Positions 53,056 to 64,000 of a stretch of 64,000 nucleotides of DNA are shown here, piece by piece. This DNA is from Sphagnum compactum. Its lineage: Eukaryota. The stretch spans positions 8,742,001-8,806,000 of the forward strand of contig OZ234494.1 in assembly GCA_965153455.1 (NCBI GenBank), in the 5' to 3' direction. The translations under genes were made by a program, and so were the position numbers. The notes under the pieces were generated by a model. The model saw only the letters and a program-made list of their open reading frames with translations, did not search any database and had not been told where the DNA came from. The stretch's first letter is position 1. Each line of letters starts with the position of its first letter.

Positions 53056-55887
53056 CAGTGTTGGGCAGTCCTCTCTTATTTAAGAGAATCACCCATTTGG
53101 ATTTTTTCCAACACTTGAGAGAATTGACCCAGTTCTTTTTTTTTTAATTAGACTTATGAGAACCGATCAGGGTATTCTTTTTTAAATTGTAATCAAATCA
53201 ATTTTCAAATAGGGTGGTTCTCACAAATGTGATACCAGTTGGTTTTCATATCCAGTTTTCACAATTCAAATCTCAAATTTATTCACTCAATTAATTTTGA
53301 CAGAACACTAACAACGCAATGGGGCAACAAAAGCAACTTGACAATGCAGCATCAACAATGTAATAAACAAGACAAACCCAACAACCCAACAAAACAAAAC
53401 CAACAATGAGATAACAAAATAATAACCAAGCAACACAGCAGCATAACAACACCAATAACGTAATGCGGCAACAACCAAGCAACGTGACAAAACAAAGCAA
53501 CAAGTAACATGACAAAGCATCAACCAAACAACACAAAGGAGAAGCAAGCAATGTGCACTATGAAAAATTAAATGTCTTGCAATTAAGCTTGCAACTAGGT
53601 TTTAATTGCAATTTTGAATTGCAACAACCACTTGCACCTTAACATATTTTTAGAACTTGAATGTTATCGAATGAGCTATAAGACTTACAATGATATAACT
53701 CATATATGAAACTATATATATATATATATATATGTAATTCATGCAACTATATTGGAACTATTGTGTCATTATGTTGTAATTATTGTGCAACTACATAAAC
53801 AACAATACGTTGAAGTGACAATGATGTGTTGACAAATCATTAATGGAAATGTGACAATTCTAAATTTATTTCAATATTTATTTTTTTATTAATTTAATTT
53901 ATATTATTTAACTTAGGGCTAATAAAATGTTAACATGTGACATTGAGGTCAATAAATAAGTAGGCTTAAAGTAGATAGGCGTTATTATTTAAATTATTTA
54001 AGTTATGTAAATAGGTCATTTAAGATAATCTTATTTTATTTTGGGTTTAACCTTCAAAGCCAAACCTTTTTTTATTGATTCATTCCAAATGTCACTTATT
54101 TTTTAATACTCCTAGTGCATTTAATTATATATTTACAAACTTGAAAGATATGACAAACAATATGGGATAAACAAAAATTAGTTGCATCCTAATTTTAATT
54201 CATTTGCAATTATTACAAGACAAGCCAATGAGCAAACGCTTAAGTTCTTAAAAAGCTTTAAAATTAATAAATTATTCATTTGCCCCTCAAGTGCAAAAGG
54301 TTTTTTTAGACCTTGACGTAGCACACCCATAGTTGTTTAGATTGTTCTAAAAAACACACAAAATGAAGAAAATATGGTTGTCAAAAGTAGTGGGGTCAAT
54401 GTTTGGTCATCGGTTTAATTCACACTTTAACATTTAGCACATTCACCTTTTTCATGGCTCTTATCTATTGTTCTTTTACCTTTAAAACTCAAATAGTTAA
54501 TATAAATTTTAACTTGGTGCACCCATAGCATTTTAGATCGCAAAAAAAAACAAGAAACAAGGAAAATATGAAGTTTTAAAATAAATGATCATTTTTATAA
54601 AAATACACACTATGTGATTTTGACATGTTTTGTGTTTTTTTTATGTTGTTCCTTTGCCTTTGAAGTTATAACATTTAATGTAAAGCTTACTTTTGCATTC
54701 CCATGATGTTTTACATCACATTTGAAATAAACAACAAACAATAAATATCCAAAATTATTTAATCATCGTCTAATGATCGATGATGGGCAGTTCTACCTTA
54801 ACATAATTTATCTACTAGGTATACTAATTATAATAATTCATAATAATTAATAAGTAATAATTTATCAACTATTAATTTGGAATCTAAATATTAATGTATA
54901 ATCATAATGATATTATTATTATTATTATTAAATAATACCCTAGGCTAACTATTAATTTTTAATTTTTAATTACGTTAAGTTAGTTTATAAAAGCCTAGCC
55001 TGTTTATATTAATAATAATAATATTTATTAGTATTATTATTGTAGTTAGTAGTTGGGTAATTGCATAAAGATCCAATATAATAATTGTAAAATAGTTGCA
55101 AAGAAGTTGTTAATGAATGTTTCATTTATTCCAATTGTATTATAGATGTCGTATGTGACTCTTGTGTAACTTGATAACAAAGTCAAACATGGTTGACCAA
55201 AATTGTATATACAATGCATACATTTGTCCATGTAGAGATCCATCTTGGGTATAATATACAATTACAATAGAACCTCACAAATTTCTAATGTGCCATTTTA
55301 TTTTTTAGTTCTTCATATTTTCCATATGATAGTTGCAACTTAATTACACATTAGTTTTTAAAAAGCTTTAGTTGTAAGGTAATGAAGTTATTGAGAACAA
55401 TTTCTCATAGTGCCAATATTAGAATAATGACCAAAGAAGGTGAAGGAACACCAATCTGCAAAAAGGAATAACCACCAGCAACATGAAAGAATAGCAATTA
55501 ACAACACAAACCAACCAACAATGCAATAAAGCACCAACCAATGACAACGAAACAACTAACAATGCAATGGAATTTTTATATGTTTGAATTCCACCTCCCA
55601 ATGCTTCCCACCTCCTTCTCCTTAAACTAACTTAAATTAGAACATAACTAACCTAAAATCATCCTAAACTTTTTTAATTATCAAATTTTCATTCTCCCAT
55701 AAAATCGACTTGATTTTCAAAAAAACATTTAAACAAAATAAATGGTTTTCAACAACCTAATTCTCATTTGGGTGAAATCTATTAATTCAATTCTCAAACT
55801 AGTTATCACCAAATGTGATACGAGTCGATTCTCATTCTAAGAACTAGGTTGAAAACTAAAGTTCCTAATGAAAACTACCAAACATGA
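53056..55887. mobile_element. CAGTGTTGG-family hAT element interrupted by a CACTA insertion
   Basis: Left end CAGTGTTGGGCAGT, with flanks GTAATTTT and ATAATTTT (7/8). A CAA-rich tract continues on both sides of the inner element. Confidence 0.6.
53556..55412. mobile_element. Non-autonomous CACTA element
   Basis: CACTATGAAAAATT ... AATTTCTCATAGTG (13/14 TIR match), with GCAACT/AGTTGC subterminal repeats. The 3-bp TSD is not preserved. Confidence 0.8.
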
Positions 55888-55929
55888 ATAATTTTGTCCA
55901 CCAAAGAAAGGTCAAAAAAAAGAGACATC

Positions 55930-57200
55930 GTATTAACTAAAAGCATGATAAAATAAACATTAAAAACTTATCGTTTGCAAGTCAAAAAGCATGATAAAAT
56001 AATTAGAAAATTTTTATCCAAGTTTTTGCAATTTAATCATATGCTTGACATACTTTTATAAGATTCTACCTGAATCATAATACCATGCAACCATACAAGC
56101 ATAGAAATTTGTTAATCTTGCATTACAACTTTAAAAAAATGTGGCATGAACTAAAAGCATGATAAAATAAGTAGAAAACGTTGTCCTAAATCTGATCATT
56201 ATATGACATTCATGAGATTTTACATCATATCACATTCATATATTGCACACACACATTGGTTAATTGTACATTAGAAAGAAAGAAGGCATGTCACATCAAC
56301 TAAAAGCATGATAAGGAAATAGAAAAAACTATCTTATGCAAACTAATCATATGACACATGCATTCAATTTACCTCAATCAACCTAGATATCAACACATGA
56401 ACATGCATTGGTTAATTGTACACCAAAAAGCAAAAAGAGATGTCATATCAATTAAAAACATGACCAAGTAAACCAAAAATATTATCATAAGAATCACTTG
56501 CAATTTAATTTCATATGGCATGTGTAAGATTTTACCTTCATCATAGGTCAATCGTGCCATCCATGTGAACATGTGCATTAGATAATTGAGCACTAGAATG
56601 AATAAAGAGCTCAATTCTCTATCTTAGGAGGGAAAAACGCTCCCTTAAGTTGTCCTTAGGCAATCCTTAGGTCAGTACTTAAGGCTGATGTGACAAATTG
56701 GTAATACAAACATTGCTTGAAAACTGAGTTTAAGCACGTACAGGTTACACTATAAATAAAAAGTGTTTTGAATATCTTAAGTTCATTGTATTCATTCAAA
56801 TTGAATCAAATAATAAATTAATATATTAGAAACATTGTTGTTTACATATACCAAACATTTTCAACATTAATGTAATTTACCACTTTAAAGTTCATTGTAA
56901 AATTAGGTACTTATCATAGGATTGTTGATTCTTTAATATATAAAAATTGCATGGTCCATATGTTGGATCTCTTTAAAAAATGATAGAATAAACCAGTTTT
57001 TTTATCATTTGTCTACTTAATCATATGACATGCACATAAGATTTTATCAAGACTTAATCATACCAAATTCATATGAACACACATTGGTTAATAATTGAGG
57101 AGTAAAAAGAAAGTAAAGTATTGAATCGATTAAAAGCATTCCATCAAGTAAAGACAAATTTATATTTTGTGCTTTAATCATATGACATGCATGAGATATT
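55930..57200. repeat. Degenerate ~150-bp repeats (AACTAAAAGCATGATAAAATAA...TAATCATATGAC)
   Basis: Motif recurs at ~55935, 55984, 56149, 56297 and 56450. Confidence 0.65.
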
Positions 57201-59507
57201 TTTACATTAAGAAAAATCAAAATTTTTAAACATTTTAAAATTTTAGTATTTGAAGTTATGAGGAATAATATAGATGCAAATGAACATGGTAAGGTCATGT
57301 GATAAAATTATCATTTTTTCAACAAATAATGTGTACTTAGCATATTTAAAATGTTAAGTTTTTTCAAAATGATCTTTCACTTCACATTCCTTCACATTTT
57401 ATTATTACTTCACTTATTCATACTAGTTCACTTACTATCCTAGTAATTAAACTTACTAACAATAATACTAGTAATAGCAAAGATTAAACACATACTTATA
57501 TTAATTATATCTTGATTTTCAGATTAAACATAATCATATTATAAAATTCATTAAATCATAATTTTTACCCAACAACCAATATATGGGACCCCATATTGTT
57601 AGCCAGATATTTTGTAAATTCAAAAAGAGTGTCCCCTACCTTGGCCCTAGTGATGGGAATGGGGTCAATTTTGTGTATGGTAAAGCCTTATGATGAGGAC
57701 ATTTTAAAAACAAGGGACCTAGGATGAGACCCTAGGATGGACTTGGGAATGTCCCCCACCTATGGCCTTTACCAACTGTAAAGCACATGGCAAATGTTAT
57801 CATGAAGCTAAGCATCCATAGATCACTTTACATAGGAGGGGGAGGGTTCTTAGGCCTACTCAATAGGAGTGGGAGTCAAACTCCACCTACTTATGGGCAT
57901 AAGATAAGTAGGTGGATGATCACTTCCAGTCATAAGAAATAGTTGAAATAGTTATAATATCCCTTCTCTTTTCTATTCTTGAAGTGATATTCATGGATAT
58001 AAGCTGTCCTCCAAATACACCAGGAGATTTCTCCAATGATGTGTGTGTGTGTGAATCAGGGTTGGTCTCAGGTCAAGGTTTATGCTGAATTGGTGTGAAG
58101 AGGGGACCCACCAAAGACTCTGTTTGTTCAGTGGTTCATTGTCAAAAGCACCTCTGATCATCACCTTTTTTTTGGACAATGTTTTTGTCACAATTGAATT
58201 GAACCCAGGCGGCCAGGTTTTTATTAATAGTAATTGTAATCTTCACAAACTTGCAATCCTGAATCATACTCATTAGTACTTACACAGTATGCTTTCTTCC
58301 ACACATCCATGTGTAGTTTGGCATAGTCATCTTAAGAGCACCAAACTTGTTTTGTTTTTGCTCGACTTTTCAACACATATATAGTGATCTCTTTCAGCTG
58401 TGCACTATAATTATTTGAGAGGGAGACAGAGTGGGTGGGACCATGCAATAAGGTATACAAGAAAAAAGCATGAGGCAGAAGGAATCCCTGCAGAAATGTC
58501 CCTCCTATGCCTACTGTCAGTTTCTTCCTGATAGTCCAGTTGGGAAAATAAGGTTTAGTAAGCTCAGGCATCTCTCTTTACAGAAAATTTCTATGACAAC
58601 CCTTCTTTTGGTTTGCTCTTCAAGGGAGGGATGATGCAAACAAATAACTTTCTCATTTAGTCCCACATTTTCTGGACACTTTCATTACACCGTAATCTGA
58701 ACCAGTGTTTTTGTTGTGATGAATTCTCACATTTTGTCGACTTGAAAATATGATTTTGACAAATTCAAAGGATTTTTGTGAAATGAAAGGAATGACCCTA
58801 ATTCACCAGATTTCCAAAAATAAATTTTCATTGCCAGATTTTTGCAACAGGTTCTCCAGCAGGTAGCCAAGATATTATAGGATTGTTAAATTTTTCTACT
58901 TTCATATGTGTTCTATAGCGAAATTTGGTTAAATCTTCTTGTGGCCAAGCACCAGTTTGATTACATCACAATTTTTCTAAAAGAAACCCTCCTCTGAATT
59001 GTGAGTTCACGTTTTGGGAACTTTATGAAAAATTTCCATATTTTTGGGGAACTTTGGTGAAAGATTTCCTATTTGAACTCTGTTGCTGGTTTGAAATTGT
59101 CATAAGCAGCCAAAAAAAATTCAGTGAATTTTCACCTTGTGGTAACAGAAAGTTTTGGAGATTTTTGGGGGAAAGAATAGCGACAATTCCAAAAAAATTG
59201 CTAATTTTTGGGAAATTTGTGCCAAACCTTCAAAACCACAAATTTGAGGGAAAAAAAACCCTGTTCATAAGGGGGGCAGACAACCGTTGTGGCTTTTGTT
59301 TCCTCCTACAACATGCAGACAGTAAGTGGGAAGAAAAGAACGTGGAATCAGCTTCATGCACTTTATTAGAAGACTTGTTTGCAATAAGCCAGCCAGAGAA
59401 GGAAGAAATTTTCAACTCTTGCCAAAAGGCACTATTATATTTTATTTAAATAATAATAAAATCCTGTGTTTGTCTGTTGGAGGCTTTGTGTTCTTACCTC
59501 TCTCACT

Positions 59508-59831
59508 ACAATCTCCCTTTTTTGTTTAGAAACACATGCAATTATTGACTCTTCCATTGTCATGCATCTCGCAAAGCTTTAAGATGATTAAACAAACACA
59601 ACCCTTCAGTTCTTAGATGAACATTATTAAATCACTTTTTTGGAGCAATGTTCTTGCACACAACTACCTACCAATCTCCCTTTTTTTGTTTAGAAGCACC
59701 TGCACTTATTTACTCTTCAAGTGTCATGCATCTCTTACAGCTTTAAGATGATTAAACAAACACAATCCTTCAGTTCCTAGATGAACATTATTAAATCACT
59801 TTTTTTGAGCAATGTTCTTGCACACAACTAC
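59508..59831. repeat. Direct tandem duplication of ~163 bp
   Basis: CAATCTCCCTTTTT...GCACACAACTAC at 59508-59666 and 59672-59831. Confidence 0.9.
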
Positions 59832-61445
59832 GTACAGCTTAGTAGGTAGTAGAGCACACATTACTGTGAGATCAAATTATAACAAGCACTTGGTCAATAA
59901 TGGTGTTATGGCTCTGCCCTTAAGGCAATTTCAAACTTAAAACTTCACTCAGTGTTGGTGGGACATAGTGTAATTCATATTAATTAGTTCATGGGTGCAG
60001 TCACACTTTTTTTCTTTTTTTCTCTTTTTTTTGGGGAATGAGTCACATTGACCAAGGGTTTTGGAAGTTTGGGCAAACCATATGGGATAAATCTGAGGTG
60101 CTATTGGGAACGTATTCGGGGAACAGCTGGAGAACTTGGGGAACCTCATGAGAACATGATAAGAGCACATTGGGAACAAGGGAAATAAAACAAAAGAATC
60201 CCTCCCCAACCCTCCCCGCCCCCCAGCCCCCCAAGAAAAAAAATTGGACCCTCTCATGAGGGCATGCTGAGTCTTCTCATTGGTTACATGAAACTTTTAT
60301 TTCGAAAACTTCTTGTCACCATTTTTGGCTTGGACTAATGGCAAGGTCACAAACTGTGGGACATAGTATCTTAAACTTCTCATAAGTGTTTTGGGGGGGC
60401 GGGAAACTTGAACAATATGATTTTAGCACATACAATGAATTTTTTTGAAAAGTATGGCCCTAATTTGCAAGATTTTGAATTTTCAAAGAAAACTGCCAGA
60501 TTTCTACATCAGGTTCCAACAAGTAGCAAAATATTTTTTAAATTAAAATTTTGCTACTTTCACATTTGGTCTATAGCCAAATTTGGCTAAATCTTTTTTT
60601 GGATAATCTCCAATTGGGCTACATAACAAAATTGAAAAAAAAAAAAAAAAAAAAACACCATGCTTCTCATCTAGATGCATGCATCACATTGTCATTCACA
60701 AATTGTGTCAAATTTGAGCCAAAATTTTTATGCCCAAATCCTACACCGATATGTAGTCTATTTGAGCCAATAAGCAGCACATGCATTGTAAGAAGACTAC
60801 AAAAATGGATAAAATTATGACTTTTACCTCATTGATGTGTCATGAACCAGGCCTTTGTCATAAACGACTTATTCAACAAAAAAAAGTTAATGTATAACAG
60901 TTGAGATTTCCACGATCTGACCAATTGTACTATGAGTTTCAGTATGTAAAGTGCCAAGTGGGGGGGGGGGGATTAAGGTAAACCATATCATGTGATGAGG
61001 GGAAGGACCCACAGTCTTCCCTTGTGGGTTGATTAAAACTTTGAAAGCTCCAAACCCTTCTTTGGCTTTGGATTCTTTTTGGAAACTATGGGAGAAAAAG
61101 TCTGATCCTGCCTGCCATGTGACAAAAGATTCTTCCTTATTAGTATAAAGCACCCAAAGAACACTGACTCTGGGAAAGAACCCGGTTGTGATCAATTTTG
61201 TAAATTTCTATAACGTACGAACGGACACTAACTTATTTGTCCAGTCATGCAAACAAAACAGGAATGCAAAAAAGCTGGCCTTCCAGAGATTCTCTCTGGA
61301 GGAAACACAATCAAAGTTCTTCACTCCGAGATCCTATTTTTGGGCATCTCCATTTGTTCCAATAATTGTTTTTGTGAAAGGCCAATCGAATTGGCCCCTT
61401 GTAACCCAAAGAAAAAGGTAGTACTTCACTCCAGTCAGTACTTAC

Positions 61446-64000
61446 TAGAGTCCTGCAATGGGTACCCATACCCATGGGTACCCAATACCCACCCATACCC
61501 ATGGGTAAATGGGTGGGTAATGGGTATGGGCTTGGACGCATGGGTGGGTAATGGGTGTGTACGAGGGACCCGGGCTTTACAACGACTGAGTTAGCAGATT
61601 ATAGGGCGACTCGTCGTATAGTAGTCAGTAGTGATAGCTCTCGGATTGCGTCACGCTAATAGCTATTAATAGCTCATCAGCATTGTGCTGTGGTGATGAG
61701 CTATTAATAGCCTGGCGTAATCCGAGCTGGCATTAGCTTGGAGGGTCCACTGGTCCAGGAATCGGGATTCGGGTGGGAGTGTGCACTGCTTATTTATGGT
61801 TTCTTAGATTCATGGATTCTTTCAAGCAGCCGGCGGCGGCTAAGTAATCTGGTAGCTGATCATCATCATTAATAAAGCAGTATTACTACTACTACCCAGT
61901 TTCCAGATCATTAGCATCTAGATTCTAGACTTGGTTGAAGAGAAAGAAGATCCACCACCACCACCACAAGAAGAAGAAGAAGAATGGAGAAGCATGAAGA
62001 AGTAGAAGAAGAAGAAGACTGAAGAAGCCTGAAGAAGAAGAAGATCATCAGCATCATATATAATTACTAGATCACCAGATGAACTGAAAATTATTCCGCT
62101 CCCCCATATCATTAATTACATAGAAATGGCTGCTGAATGAAATTGGTTTTGCTGCAAATTAAATTATTTTTGCTTGGACCTAGCATGCTTCACAACTTCT
62201 AAGAGTTTTTTCCAAAGTCTTTGCCATAACAACACACTGTGGATTCTGGAAGAGCGGCTACGAGCTGATGCCGGCCATGACGTTGGCTCAGCGAATTGAA
62301 CATGACCTGAAGAACAATGGGGGGGAGTACGTGATTCGCAACAACGGGCCAGGCAAGAAGTCGGGTGTTTGGGAAGCGTTCGGCATCATCTACGATCGTA
62401 GCAACGTAAAGCTAGATTATGCTGCTTGCAAGTCCTGCAACAAAGTTTATACCTTCAAAACCAGTACCGGCACGGCTACGATCTCAAAGCACAAATGTCC
62501 TGTTCCCGCCTCCGAGGTAGCCGCCGCGAAGGTGTTCTTTAAGAAGCACATCGTCACAAAGCAAGAAAAAGAGACGATGACGGCAGCGGCGGCCGACTAC
62601 TGCGTGACCGACATGCGCCCGTTCGAGTCTCTGAGCGGGTTGGGCCTCAAGGCGCTCATCCAGACGGCGCTTGACATCGGATCGAGCAGCACTGGCCGAA
62701 TCACAATCGACGAGCTGCTCGCCAACCCGACGACGGTCAGTCGTAACGTCGATTCACATGCTCGGAACGGCCGCGAGAAGCTCACCCTCGTTCTCAAGAA
62801 GCACTTCGACTCGGGCTTGAACGTGGCATGTACTCTCGACTTGTGGACGGACACGGTCAAGAAGAACTCGTACATGTCCATCACCATTCATTACATCGAT
62901 GAGATGTTCAATCTGTACGCCCGCACGCTGCACGTAAAGCCTGTTGAGGAAGCCAGCCACACGGCGGAGATGGTCCTGGAGGAGTTCAGTAAAGGTCTGG
63001 CCGTGTTCAAGGTAATGGTGGACATGTACCAGCAGATCATCGTGGTCTCGGATAGCGATTCGAACTGCTGTGGCGCTAATGGCATCCCGTCGGCTTTCTA
63101 CTGGCTTGCCTGCCTCGATCACAAGCTGGCGACTGTGCTGACGACTGTCGTGAACAAGATGACCAAGATGGAGAATGGCGTCAGGAACAAACCGTTCTAC
63201 TGGTACAAGGACGTCCAGCACATGCTGCCGCTGTTCATGCTGATCGACACGTGCAAGAAGCTGGTTGAGTACTGCAAGCGCGCGAACCTGCAGAGCCAGC
63301 TCAGCAAGACGCTCAAGCAGGAGAACGCAACTCGATGGAACTCGCTGCTCCGCTGCCTTCTAAGCATCGAGGAAATGTACGACGAGCTCGTGTCGCTCCT
63401 GCAAATGAAGGACAAGCTGAGCAAGCTCAATGACATTTCGCGGGCACTCCTCAAGGAACTGATCGCTTTCCTTGCCCCCTTCCAGCAGGCGACGCTGGCG
63501 CTCGAGAAGTTCAAGCACCCGACTCTTCACAAGATCGTGTGGTGGCGCCATGTGATCCTGGGTCACCCTCGGCTGGTCCTGAACGATGTGGTGGACGAGG
63601 ATGGCAACGTGATGACGGCCAAAGACTCCGACTCGATCAAGGCAATCAAGGGCATCATGCTGCCGTTCTTGTACAGCAAGTTCGTCCTTGATGATATCCA
63701 CGTCATGGCGTCGTTGCTAGATCCAATCATGAAGTCTCGTCTTGTCCGCCTTGGTGTTGAGCGCAACCAGATCGAGCAGGCCAAGGATAAGCTCAAGGAT
63801 GCGATGATCAAGTACGCGCCCTTGGACGACGAAGAAGAAGACGTTCCGCCTGCTCGATCACCGATCAGGAAGAAGGCGCGCTCGTCAGTTTCGATGCACA
63901 ATCAGATGCTCGACGACGACGATGAGGAAGACAACGTCCCTCCTGCTGAAGGTCACGATGCCGCCGCCGCCCTCAACGCAAGAGTCGACAACGAGTACGA
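61446..64000 (+). mobile_element. Putative autonomous hobo/Hermes-type hAT DNA transposon (left portion)
   Basis: Left end TAGAGTCCTGCA is preceded by GTACTTAC (GTnnnnAC). TACCCA/TGGGTA subterminal repeats lie at 61459-61556, followed by the transposase ORF. The right end is outside the window. Confidence 0.85.
62268..64000 (+). CDS. hAT transposase, intronless, at least 577 codons, 3'-truncated by the window edge
   Basis: Open frame read by hand from ATG 62268 to the window end. BED finger (SGVWEAF...CKSC...SKHKC), DMRPF, CTLDLWTD (1st Asp), VVSDSDSN (2nd Asp), CLDH (CxxH), TRWNS, MASLLDP. Confidence 0.95.
   Translation, partial: MPAMTLAQRIEHDLKNNGGEYVIRNNGPGKKSGVWEAFGIIYDRSNVKLDYAACKSCNKVYTFKTSTGTATISKHKCPVPASEVAAAKVFFKKHIVTKQEKETMTAAAADYCVTDMRPFESLSGLGLKALIQTALDIGSSSTGRITIDELLANPTTVSRNVDSHARNGREKLTLVLKKHFDSGLNVACTLDLWTDTVKKNSYMSITIHYIDEMFNLYARTLHVKPVEEASHTAEMVLEEFSKGLAVFKVMVDMYQQIIVVSDSDSNCCGANGIPSAFYWLACLDHKLATVLTTVVNKMTKMENGVRNKPFYWYKDVQHMLPLFMLIDTCKKLVEYCKRANLQSQLSKTLKQENATRWNSLLRCLLSIEEMYDELVSLLQMKDKLSKLNDISRALLKELIAFLAPFQQATLALEKFKHPTLHKIVWWRHVILGHPRLVLNDVVDEDGNVMTAKDSDSIKAIKGIMLPFLYSKFVLDDIHVMASLLDPIMKSRLVRLGVERNQIEQAKDKLKDAMIKYAPLDDEEEDVPPARSPIRKKARSSVSMHNQMLDDDDEEDNVPPAEGHDAAAALNARVDNEY

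Noticed and set aside
53291-53551. Cys/Leu/Val-rich hydrophobic ORFs on the minus strand
   Set aside because: They are the reverse translation of a CAA-rich low-complexity tract inside a MITE.
57882-57916. 13-bp perfect hairpin as a Helitron 3' end or terminator
   Set aside because: It is not followed by CTRR at the expected distance and no matching 5' end was identified.
62597-63901. Six minus-strand ORFs in the track
   Set aside because: They are antisense shadows of the GC-rich plus-strand transposase frame.

Overview
Eukaryotic nuclear DNA from a land plant. The AT-rich, MITE-dense intergenic DNA and the gene styles suggest a bryophyte, possibly Sphagnum-like (inference). Four intron-containing host loci can be spliced by eye. 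(1) A plastid ClpP5-type protease locus (6950-10284, +) carries three frameshifts and a nonsense codon, so it is a probable pseudogene. (2) A very long LONGIFOLIA/TRM-like gene (~29734-37031, +, ~2080 aa) has a large repetitive His/Ser/Asp-Glu insert. (3) Plastid ribosomal protein L5 (40358-42465, +). (4) A patatin-like phospholipase (46839-51522, -) has an unusual Ser/Tyr/Pro-rich C-terminal tail. The right edge holds an apparently intact, intronless, CpG-rich hobo/Hermes-type hAT transposon (left end ~61446; ORF from 62268 runs off the window and is absent from the supplied ORF track). The rest is transposon debris: a decayed restriction-like-endonuclease (CRE-like) non-LTR fragment, a broken Myb/SANT ORF, a CACTA remnant, hAT, Tc1/mariner and CACTA MITEs (one nested pair), and several tandem arrays. 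No rRNA, tRNA or CRISPR features were seen.
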